Below are positions 1-7,145 of a DNA stretch of 24,000 nt, piece after piece (within the stretch, counting starts at the first letter, position 1; each line of letters starts with the position of its first letter). The stretch is from assembly GCA_964610345.1 (NCBI GenBank), contig CAZSVQ010000004.1:7570-31569 (forward strand), in the 5' to 3' direction. The stretch comes from an uncultured Candidatus Saccharibacteria bacterium (lineage in GTDB: Bacteria > Patescibacteriota > Saccharimonadia > Saccharimonadales > JAGQNJ01). The notes beneath the pieces are model-generated. The model was not told where the DNA came from, ran no database searches, and saw only the letters and a list, made by a program, of their open reading frames with translations. The position numbers and the translations under genes are program-made.

Positions 1-175
1 CTTCTTTGCGAGCAAAATTACCAATTCGCGATTCTGAAGTTTTTTCTTGAGAATTTGCTGAAGAATAGCCATCCTTTACGTGACTACTTTCAGCACTACG
101 ACGCATTCTACCTCGCATCAATCCATCTACATTACTAGTATTAACTACACGTTTTGGCTTTCGGAAATTATCCAT
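1..175 (-). CDS. Partial hypothetical protein (N-terminus MDNFRKPKRVVNTSNVDGLMRGRMRRSAESS...), continues beyond the window
   Basis: Manual reverse-strand translation from ATG at 175 stays open to base 1. TTGATA-N16-TATACT promoter-like sequence lies just upstream (217-190). Confidence 0.6.
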   Translation of the reverse strand, partial: MDNFRKPKRVVNTSNVDGLMRGRMRRSAESSHVKDGYSSANSQEKTSESRIGNFARKE

Positions 176-189
176 ATGACGTGCTCTTA

Positions 190-217
190 AGTATAGCGGT
201 TATGTCGAATTTATCAA
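190..217 (-). promoter_or_regulatory. Putative sigma-70-like promoter for the partial ORF 1-175
   Basis: Minus strand TTGATA (217-212), 16-nt spacer, TATACT (195-190). Predicted start about 8 nt before the ATG. Confidence 0.5.
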
Positions 218-281
218 AACTATTCTGAACAAAATTTTTATGGCTATTTAAAGATGTTTGAAGTATAGTTATAGTTTGAAT

Positions 282-977
282 ATGCCAGAAATTAAATCTT
301 CAACACCATACGATTATTCGGGTCCACCACCAAGTTCAACCCCTCAACCAGAATCACCCGGCCAGCAAGTAGATGAGTCTCAGGATAATGATTCTCAAAA
401 ATCTAATTCAATTCGTAATATCATATCTACTGTCGCCCTGTTCTTGGCCGCACCACTTCTTGCACTATTCTTGATAGTTTTTGTTATCCAATCTTACGAG
501 GTTGATGGGCCAAGCATGCAAGAGACATTGCAAAATAAAGATTTATTAATAGTTAATAAGTTAGATCGCACACTATCTCGCATAACCAGAAAAGACCATA
601 TTCCTCCACGTTACCAAGTTATTATCTTTAGTCGTGACGAATCTGGTGGGCTTGGTGGTGGTAATGTTCGTCAGTTAGTTAAACGAGTAATCGGTTTACC
701 GGGCGAACGTGTCGTAGTAAAAGATGGTCATGTAACGGTTTATAATAAAGAAAATCCAGGTGGCTTTGACCCTGACAAAGGCCATGAATACAGCAAATCA
801 ATCAAAACCACCCCTGGTAATGTTGATATTACTGTACAGCCTGGTGAAGTCTTTGTGTTAGGTGATAACCGAACAAATTCGTTGGATTCTCGATACTTTG
901 GGTCTGTAGATGCAGGTGATGTTGTAGGAAAACTTGGCCTGCGAATCTTCCCTCTAAATAAAGCGCGATCTTTTTAA
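282..977 (+). CDS. lepB: Signal peptidase I
   Basis: N-terminal TM segment, Ser motif VDGPSMQETL, Lys motif KRVIGLPGERV and GDNRTNSLDSRYFG are diagnostic of the S26 family. The track ORF starts at TTG 258; ATG 282 is the more likely start. Confidence 0.93.
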   Translation: MPEIKSSTPYDYSGPPPSSTPQPESPGQQVDESQDNDSQKSNSIRNIISTVALFLAAPLLALFLIVFVIQSYEVDGPSMQETLQNKDLLIVNKLDRTLSRITRKDHIPPRYQVIIFSRDESGGLGGGNVRQLVKRVIGLPGERVVVKDGHVTVYNKENPGGFDPDKGHEYSKSIKTTPGNVDITVQPGEVFVLGDNRTNSLDSRYFGSVDAGDVVGKLGLRIFPLNKARSF

Positions 978-1834
978 TTAATCAGCGTTCTTGTTATTCG
1001 TTCAAGTTCCTCATCATTTTTAAAAAATACCTCCAATTTGCCACCCTTGGCTGTTCGTTTTATAGACACTGGGGTGTTTAAAAACTTAGCTAGTTTTTCA
1101 GTCTGTTCATTTTCAGTGGCCATATGTTTTTTAACAGATTTTATAAAATTTTTTTCAGTTTTCTTGCTTACCGTTACATATTGTTCGGCTTGTCGGACCG
1201 ACCAACCAAACTGCAAAATTGAATCCAGCAGCTCAGCTTGCATGTGTGTGTCATCCTTAAGTGCTAGAATTGCCCTAGCGTGACCTTCACTAATCTGATT
1301 TTTATATAGCGCAACGCGGGCATCTTCTGGCAACTGCAGTAAGCGCACGGTGTTATGAATTGTCGGCACAGCCTTACCTAATTTTTTAGCAATTTCACTA
1401 TAACTTAGGCTAAATTGATCATGCAAGCGTTCAATGGATTGAGCCTGCTCCAGAGGAGACAAATCAACTCTCTGGACATTTTCAATTATCGCTACCTCTA
1501 ACTCTTCTATTAGTTGCATAGAGCGCACAATTGCTGGCACCTCTTTTAGTCCAGCAATTCCAGCCGCTCGCCACCGACGTTCCCCTGCAATAATTCTATA
1601 CCTATCGCCATTTTTAGTAACAACTAGAGGCTGAACTATGCCGTGGTTTTTTACTGATGTAGCAAGCTCATTTAGGGCTTCATCATCAAAATGCTTGCGT
1701 GGCTGATCTGGGTTTGGTTCTATATGGGTTATTGGAATTTTTTGTACCTTTTCATTATTCTCTAGAATACTTCCATCAAACTCTTTTGGAATCAACGCAT
1801 CTAGCCCCCTACCTAACCCTGATTTAGTGCTCAT
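974..1834 (-). CDS. parB: Chromosome partitioning protein ParB
   Basis: LGRGLDALIP N-terminus, ParB/Spo0J nuclease-like motifs (PNPDQPRKHFDD, IAGERRWRAA), HTH region (LSYSEIAKKLGKAVPTIHNTVRLLQLP). Confidence 0.95.
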   Translation of the reverse strand: MSTKSGLGRGLDALIPKEFDGSILENNEKVQKIPITHIEPNPDQPRKHFDDEALNELATSVKNHGIVQPLVVTKNGDRYRIIAGERRWRAAGIAGLKEVPAIVRSMQLIEELEVAIIENVQRVDLSPLEQAQSIERLHDQFSLSYSEIAKKLGKAVPTIHNTVRLLQLPEDARVALYKNQISEGHARAILALKDDTHMQAELLDSILQFGWSVRQAEQYVTVSKKTEKNFIKSVKKHMATENEQTEKLAKFLNTPVSIKRTAKGGKLEVFFKNDEELERITRTLIN

Positions 1835-2579
1835 GATTATCTATCTCCTTTGCGAGTGCTTTGTATGCCCTGGCGCCCCGTGACCATTTATCATGATCTA
1901 AAATAGTCTTACCGTGACTTGGCGCCTCAGCTAAGCGTACATTTCTTGGGATAACCGTCTTAAATAACTTTTGACCAAAATGCTTTTGTAACTCCTTATA
2001 TACACTGTCAGATAATGAGGTTCGGCTATCATACATTGTAACTACAACACCCAGTAGCTCTAGGCTTGGATTCAATCCTTCTCGGACGCGCTGAACGGTA
2101 CTTAACAATTGTGTAAGCCCTTCTAAAGCATAATATTCTGCCTGAACCGGAATCAACACTGAATCTGCTGCAGTCAACGCATTTATACTTAAAAGCCCTA
2201 GTGATGGCGGGCAATCTATCAATACATAATCGTGCGATACATGAGCCAGGGCGTTTTTAAGCCTTAATTCACGGCCATTTCCTGACACAAGCTCAACCTC
2301 TGCGCCGGCTAGTTCTGCATTAGCTGGGACCAAAGAGACATCTGAATGATCTAAATCAATTATAGCCGTACTTATCAATGCCCCGTTAACCAAAATGTCA
2401 TAAGTTGTTACTTCGGCATTTTTTGACTGTCCAAGCCCACTGGTGGCGTTGGCCTGAGGGTCAAGATCAACGACCAAAACCGATCGACCCATTTTTGATA
2501 AGTATGCAGCAATGTTAATAGTACTGGTTGTTTTACCAACACCGCCCTTTTGATTTAGTACTGCAATTATTTTTCTCAT
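1824..2579 (-). CDS. parA: Chromosome partitioning ATPase ParA/Soj
   Basis: Deviant Walker A KGGVGKTTSTINIA, DPQANAT, DCPPSLGLLSINAL. Overlaps the start of parB. Confidence 0.95.
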   Translation of the reverse strand: MRKIIAVLNQKGGVGKTTSTINIAAYLSKMGRSVLVVDLDPQANATSGLGQSKNAEVTTYDILVNGALISTAIIDLDHSDVSLVPANAELAGAEVELVSGNGRELRLKNALAHVSHDYVLIDCPPSLGLLSINALTAADSVLIPVQAEYYALEGLTQLLSTVQRVREGLNPSLELLGVVVTMYDSRTSLSDSVYKELQKHFGQKLFKTVIPRNVRLAEAPSHGKTILDHDKWSRGARAYKALAKEIDNHEH

Positions 2580-2635
2580 GCCCTCTTTTCACTCTTTAGG
2601 GTAGCATTTTCACGCACTACTATCAATGCTAGACA

Positions 2636-2664
2636 TAATAAAAATCCCCCCCACTAGAGGGATA
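2636..2664 (-). terminator. Rho-independent terminator downstream of rplU
   Basis: Minus strand ATCCCTC(2664-2658) - 6-nt loop - GGGGGAT(2651-2645), 7-bp stem with one G.U, followed by TTTTATTAT. Confidence 0.75.
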
Positions 2665-2668
2665 TTTT

Positions 2669-2980
2669 TTAATTAGTTGTGATTTTGTCTATTGTGATTG
2701 TGGTTAAGACTTGTCTATGGCCGTGTACTTTATGGACACGCTTTTTAGCTTTGTAACGAATTGAGGTAACTTTGTCAGCCTTTGATTCTTCAACAACTTT
2801 TGCCGTAACTGTAGCACCCTTTATTTCTGGGGTGCCAACGCTTGTTTTGTCACCATCTATTACTAGTAGTGGGGCAAAGTTCAGTTTCTTGTCTTCACTC
2901 TTAATACGCTCTACTTGGAGCGTTTCACCTTCTTTGACTAAATATTGTTTGCCACCTGTGGCAATAACTGCTTTTTTCAT
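2669..2980 (-). CDS. rplU: Large ribosomal subunit protein bL21
   Basis: MKKAVIATGGKQYLVKEGETLQVERI and KAKKRVHKVHGHRQVLTTITIDKI match the bL21 family. Confidence 0.93.
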   Translation of the reverse strand: MKKAVIATGGKQYLVKEGETLQVERIKSEDKKLNFAPLLVIDGDKTSVGTPEIKGATVTAKVVEESKADKVTSIRYKAKKRVHKVHGHRQVLTTITIDKITTN

Positions 2981-3058
2981 TTATTCTCTTATTTACTCTG
3001 TTAAGATTTAAAGTTACCAAACAAGTTTAACAGATAAGCCCCCTTCTGTAAACCCTCA

Positions 3059-5920
3059 TTAAGTTACCTTTTTTAATTCAATGAATAGTTCTGCTTTTTC
3101 AACAATGACGGGCAATTTGCTGTTACTCTTGTCGGCATTAACTATTACAGTTGTTGCTAGGGTTTCTTTGGCGATTTCTGCCTTGTATTCGATTATCGCC
3201 TTTTCTAGCTCAGTATCTTTGGTGCTAAGCACCAGCTCTATCCGGTCATCTACATTTAGCCCCGCTGTCTTACGAGTATTTTGAACTTGGCGAATTACCT
3301 CACGCATCATACCCTCACGCCTAAGCTCTGGTGTTATATCTAAATCTAATTTAAACTTTCCAGTTTTTACTGATTTTACATTCAATTCTTCTTGTAAAAT
3401 ATTATCAAAACTAAATATTTTGCCGTTATCTGGTATTGATACCGATTTTAACGGTTGACGTACTTTTATTTGATTATTTGCCCGTACACTCAAACCTTCA
3501 TTAACGTATACCCTTAAGTTTTGCATGTCAGCAACGACAAGCTCATTTACATCCCCAGCTTTTGGCCAGTCTAGTAAGTGAACTGACTCACCGCCTGTTA
3601 GTTTTATAAACAATTCTTCTGCCAAAAACGGCGTAAATGGCGCCATAACCATACTTAATTGGGTTAATACATAATGCAGGGTGCGGTAGGCATCGTTTTT
3701 GTCGGCATCGTCTCCACTCTTCCAGAATCGTCGCCTACTCCGGCGTACATACCAATTGCTAGCGTCATCAATAAACGGCAAAATTGGACGAACAGCATCA
3801 GCTAGCTGATAATTATCCATATTTTTTTGAACTTCTTTAGTCAACTGGTGTAATCGACTAACTATCCATGTATCTAGTGGATTGGTTAGCTTATTCGAGG
3901 GGTCGATTAAATCACCGTCGAACTCCCAGTTGTCGACTTCGGCGTACATTGTAAAAAAGTCATACATGTTCCAAATCATGCCTAATTTACGAGCAACATC
4001 ATTTAGATCTTTATCTTGAAGTACAAAGTTGTCTCCACTGGTTAGCGGACTACTCATCAATGTAAAGCGATAAGCATCTGCCGAGACTTTATCCATGAGC
4101 TCAACTGGATCAGTATAGTTTTTGTGTTTTTTACTCAACTTTCTGCCATCCGATGCCATTACAAAACCGGTACAGATCAAATTTTTATAAGGTGACCTAC
4201 CAAACAAAGCTACATTTACAGCCGTTAAGCTATAAAACCAGCCCCTTGTCTGATCGATCGCCTCAGTAATAAAATCAGCCGGAAAGCCCTGTTCAAATTT
4301 AGCTTTATTTTCAAACGGATAATGAAATTGAGCAAACGGCATAGACCCGCTTTCAAACCAGCAGTCCAGCACCTTGCCAATGTGACGCATCTCAACACCA
4401 TCACATTCAAAAGTTACATCCATCACCATTGGCAGGTGGTAATCGTCCAATTTTTTGCCGGTTTCTTTAGCAAACTCCTCATAACTACCAAAAACTCGCA
4501 CCACCTCTGTTCCATCAGTGCGGACACCCTTCCAAACCGGAATCGGCGTTGCCCAGTAACGGTCTCTGGATAAGTTCCAGTCTGGTGCTGATTCAACAAT
4601 ATTATGGAATCTACCTTCTTGTAGTGCTTTTGGCACCCACCTGGTTTTGTCAGTTGCGCTTAACATTTCGTGTTTTTGAGCTTGAATATCCATAAACCAA
4701 CTAGGATGAGCCCGGTACATCAGCTTTGTTCCGCAACGGTGGCAATGCGGATAATCGTGCTGAATATATTCAACCTTCAGAGCTCGACCCTCTTTTACAA
4801 GTGTTTTGGCTATCTCTTTATTCACTTCCCAAATATTTTGGCCAAGCCATCGCCCTTCGGTATAATGACCGTTTTCGTCAACTATAGACACAACTGGGAT
4901 GCCGGCTTTTTTACAAAGCTCATAATCTTCCTCACCATAAGCTGGTGCTTCATGAACAATTCCTGTGCCGTCTTCGGCAGTTACAAAATCTGCCTCTAAA
5001 ACAACATGAGCATCTGGGCCGCGGTTTTCAAATAGTGGGCTGTACTTTAGGCCAATTAGCACTTTGCCATGTATAGTTTTTAGCACTCTATACTCTAGTG
5101 GCTGGTGTTTTTCGTCTGTTAGTACTTTTTTTATTGCATCGGTTGCAATATAAAATTTCTTATCATCATACTGCACTAGCGAGTATTCAATTGCCGAGTT
5201 AACAGCAATCGCAACATTAGCTGGTAATGTCCATGGCGTAGTTGTCCAGGCTAATAAATACTCATCTGTATCTTCTATCTGAAAGTACACAAAAACACTT
5301 GGGTCGGTGTCTGTTTGATAACTATTTTCCATCGCCACTTCACTTTTACTAATTGGAGTAGCGTCTTTGGTGCAATAAATTAGGATTTTCTCGCCCTCAT
5401 AAATTTTGCCGGTTTCGTACAGCTCTTTAAACGCCCACCAGACCGACTCCATATACTCGTTATCCATGGTTTTATATGCACCTTTAAATTCTACCCAACG
5501 GCCAATGCGGTCTATTGTGTCTTCCCACTCGGTACCGGTTTTGACCATTGCCGCTCTGCAAGCATTTACATAGTCTGTGATGCTAATTTTTGTGCCGATT
5601 TCTTTTTTATTTTTAATGCCTAGTTGGTTTTCTACAAACACCTCTGCCGGCAATCCATGACAATCCCAACCCCACACACGTTCCACGCGCTTACCTTGCA
5701 TTGTTTGATAACGCGCAACTGTATCTTTGATTGTAGATACCAACAAATGACCGTGATGTGGTGTGCCAGTCAAAAATGGAGGGCCATCATAAAATACAAA
5801 GTTATTGTTTTTTGGCCGATTTGCAACTGATTTTTCAAATGTCTTGTTTTTTTGCCACTGCTTAATTAAATCTATCTCGTATTCAATTGCTCGTCTTCGC
5901 GTCCCTGATTTAAACTTCAT
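3059..5920 (-). CDS. ileS: Isoleucyl-tRNA synthetase, type 2 (eukaryote-like)
   Basis: FYDGPPFLTGTPHHGHLLVSTIKD (HIGH equivalent), WDCHGLPAE, KLSKKHKNYTDP (KMSKS equivalent), anticodon-binding region. The track ORF starts at 5932, but ATG 5920 has a GGAG Shine-Dalgarno and ATGA coupling with the upstream gene. Confidence 0.95.
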   Translation of the reverse strand: MKFKSGTRRRAIEYEIDLIKQWQKNKTFEKSVANRPKNNNFVFYDGPPFLTGTPHHGHLLVSTIKDTVARYQTMQGKRVERVWGWDCHGLPAEVFVENQLGIKNKKEIGTKISITDYVNACRAAMVKTGTEWEDTIDRIGRWVEFKGAYKTMDNEYMESVWWAFKELYETGKIYEGEKILIYCTKDATPISKSEVAMENSYQTDTDPSVFVYFQIEDTDEYLLAWTTTPWTLPANVAIAVNSAIEYSLVQYDDKKFYIATDAIKKVLTDEKHQPLEYRVLKTIHGKVLIGLKYSPLFENRGPDAHVVLEADFVTAEDGTGIVHEAPAYGEEDYELCKKAGIPVVSIVDENGHYTEGRWLGQNIWEVNKEIAKTLVKEGRALKVEYIQHDYPHCHRCGTKLMYRAHPSWFMDIQAQKHEMLSATDKTRWVPKALQEGRFHNIVESAPDWNLSRDRYWATPIPVWKGVRTDGTEVVRVFGSYEEFAKETGKKLDDYHLPMVMDVTFECDGVEMRHIGKVLDCWFESGSMPFAQFHYPFENKAKFEQGFPADFITEAIDQTRGWFYSLTAVNVALFGRSPYKNLICTGFVMASDGRKLSKKHKNYTDPVELMDKVSADAYRFTLMSSPLTSGDNFVLQDKDLNDVARKLGMIWNMYDFFTMYAEVDNWEFDGDLIDPSNKLTNPLDTWIVSRLHQLTKEVQKNMDNYQLADAVRPILPFIDDASNWYVRRSRRRFWKSGDDADKNDAYRTLHYVLTQLSMVMAPFTPFLAEELFIKLTGGESVHLLDWPKAGDVNELVVADMQNLRVYVNEGLSVRANNQIKVRQPLKSVSIPDNGKIFSFDNILQEELNVKSVKTGKFKLDLDITPELRREGMMREVIRQVQNTRKTAGLNVDDRIELVLSTKDTELEKAIIEYKAEIAKETLATTVIVNADKSNSKLPVIVEKAELFIELKKVT

Positions 5921-6534
5921 TTTGATCTCCATGTTGAATCTTTTATGTCTTTTAATCTCTTTCCGTTATAGCTCCAGTAAGCCGCACCCTGATATGCTCC
6001 ACTTGAATTAAGTTGTCCTTTATCCTCATATACTTTATAAGTCAAAGGAGATAATTTCCAATTTTGACCCCCATATTCAACTTCTCGATCACCCGATACT
6101 TTAGCTACTATACTTTTATCGGAGATTAATTCAATTATGTCACCATCTTTCAGACCTATTTTATAAAAACTAAACAAGGCACCTTGTTTTCTGGTTTGAG
6201 TTATCTTGTCGAACTCATTTTCTTTATTAATTCTTTCCGGAAAAATTACTTTACCTTCAAAAGATATTAATAATTGTCTGGCTAGATCTTGATCTAGAGC
6301 AAACAATTCACTACTCCCGACTTGATGTTTATTAAAAATTTCATGTATCAGATCTTCTTTGTCGTCATAATCATTCAACTCAATTGCAAAAAATCTTTTT
6401 AAGCCAGCGACATTATAATATCCGTTAGACTCAAGAAATCGCATTCGATCTTGATAGTTTCCAGAGCCTGTTTTGCCAATTTTAATTAAGCCCGAAACAG
6501 CCGTTGTCATAATATAAACTATTCCTTTTGCCAT
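5917..6534 (-). CDS. GIY-YIG superfamily (T5orf172-type) protein with C-terminal DUF4357-like domain
   Basis: MAKGIVYIMTTAVSGLIKIGKTGSGNYQDRM...LFALDQDLARQLL followed by RKQGALFSFYKIGLKDGDIIEL...YQGAAYWSYNGKRLKDI. ATG at 6534 preceded by AAAGGAG; the longer ORF start at 6621 runs into the T-box region. Confidence 0.8.
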   Translation of the reverse strand: MAKGIVYIMTTAVSGLIKIGKTGSGNYQDRMRFLESNGYYNVAGLKRFFAIELNDYDDKEDLIHEIFNKHQVGSSELFALDQDLARQLLISFEGKVIFPERINKENEFDKITQTRKQGALFSFYKIGLKDGDIIELISDKSIVAKVSGDREVEYGGQNWKLSPLTYKVYEDKGQLNSSGAYQGAAYWSYNGKRLKDIKDSTWRSK

Positions 6535-6571
6535 ATTAAAAGCACTCCTTTTACAACTTAAATTAAAAACA

Positions 6572-6770
6572 CTTCTCTTAGATATCGGAATCCTCTTGTA
6601 TTTTAACGAGGACGGTACCATCCGATTTCTAAAAGAAGCGTTCTGTGTGATTCTTTTAGCACTTATTTACAAGCTATTACGGGCTTACCCGGCAAGGTCT
6701 ACTAATCTTACTAGGATGTTCTTCTTGCTGCTTCACGGTTGATAGCCGTTAATTTGCTGTTTTAAGCAAA
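6572..6770 (-). promoter_or_regulatory. T-box riboswitch (compact; likely Ile-specific), leader of the GIY-YIG-ileS operon
   Basis: T-box bulge UGGUACC (6620-6614) between perfect helices AUCGGA/UCCGAU (6626-6621/6589-6584) and GUCCUC/GAGGAU (6613-6608/6595-6590). Preceded by a 9-bp Stem III CUAAAAGAA/UUCUUUUAG (6659-6651/6637-6629), an H-type pseudoknot CGGG/CCCG plus UAAG/CUUG, Stem II GCAAG/CUUGC, and a small Stem I hairpin presenting AUC (6743-6741). Confidence 0.85.
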
Positions 6771-6786
6771 ACGCATTTACGCTTTT

Positions 6787-6816
6787 ATAATAACATATAC
6801 AGAGGTGGTTGAGCAA
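6787..6816 (-). promoter_or_regulatory. Putative promoter of the T-box/GIY-YIG/ileS operon
   Basis: Minus strand TTGCTC (6816-6811), 18-nt spacer containing TG, TATTAT (6792-6787), about 17 nt upstream of the T-box. Confidence 0.55.
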
Positions 6817-7083
6817 TTATAATTTATCTACATAAGCAGAAACGTCGTTGATCAAGGGTAAAGGCCTGCCAGACCATGCCCGCAAAAATTGCCCATCGTC
6901 AGATACAGCCACAAATGTTGGGTGATCCATCACCCCATAAATTTGAGCTTTGCTTATGCCCTCTGGCGAATCAATGTTTATTATTTCTATCTTCTTAGCA
7001 GTTCTATGCTCAAATTCCCGCACAAATTCCTCTGCTCCACGTGCAAATTCCGAATCTGGCCTATAAAACATTATCACTTTCAT
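6817..7083 (-). CDS. Thioredoxin-fold-like small protein lacking the CxxC motif
   Basis: 88 aa; MKVIMFYRPDSEFARGAEEFVREF... and cis-Pro-like HPTFVAVSDDGQFLRAWSG suggest a thioredoxin-like fold. The protein contains no cysteine. Confidence 0.65.
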   Translation of the reverse strand: MKVIMFYRPDSEFARGAEEFVREFEHRTAKKIEIINIDSPEGISKAQIYGVMDHPTFVAVSDDGQFLRAWSGRPLPLINDVSAYVDKL

Positions 7084-7098
7084 ACTACCTACTATACC

Positions 7099-7127
7099 AA
7101 AAGAGACGGAAAATAACCGCCTCTTTT
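7099..7127 (-). terminator. Terminator hairpin downstream of nrdJ
   Basis: Minus strand AAAAGAGGCGG (7127-7117), 7-nt loop, CCGTCTCTTTT (7109-7099): 11-bp stem (one G.U) ending in a U-run. Confidence 0.7.
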
Positions 7128-7145
7128 GTGAGCTTGTATCTTAGA

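Noticed and set aside
974-2668. Searched around parAB for a consensus parS site (TGTTTCACGTGAAACA)
   Set aside because: Only TTTCACGC-type half-matches (near 2608) and no palindromic site seen; parS may lie outside the window or be divergent.
2981-3058. Possible terminator/leader hairpin TTTACAGA...TCTG(TT)TAAA and GGTAACTT direct repeat between ileS and rplU
   Set aside because: Weak stem with a large loop and bulge; one repeat copy is part of the ileS coding end, so not supported beyond chance.
4670-4999. 109-aa plus-strand ORF, plus other 60-90 aa ORFs inside ileS (4225-4410, 4322-4573, 5624-5830)
   Set aside because: Antisense or frame-shifted shadows within ileS with no recognisable domain or SD.
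6535-6621. N-terminal extension MVPSSLKYKRIPISKRSVFNLSCKRSAFN of the GIY-YIG ORF
   Set aside because: It would be encoded by the T-box antiterminator and downstream leader; ATG 6534 has a good SD and matches the expected family start MAKGIVYIM.
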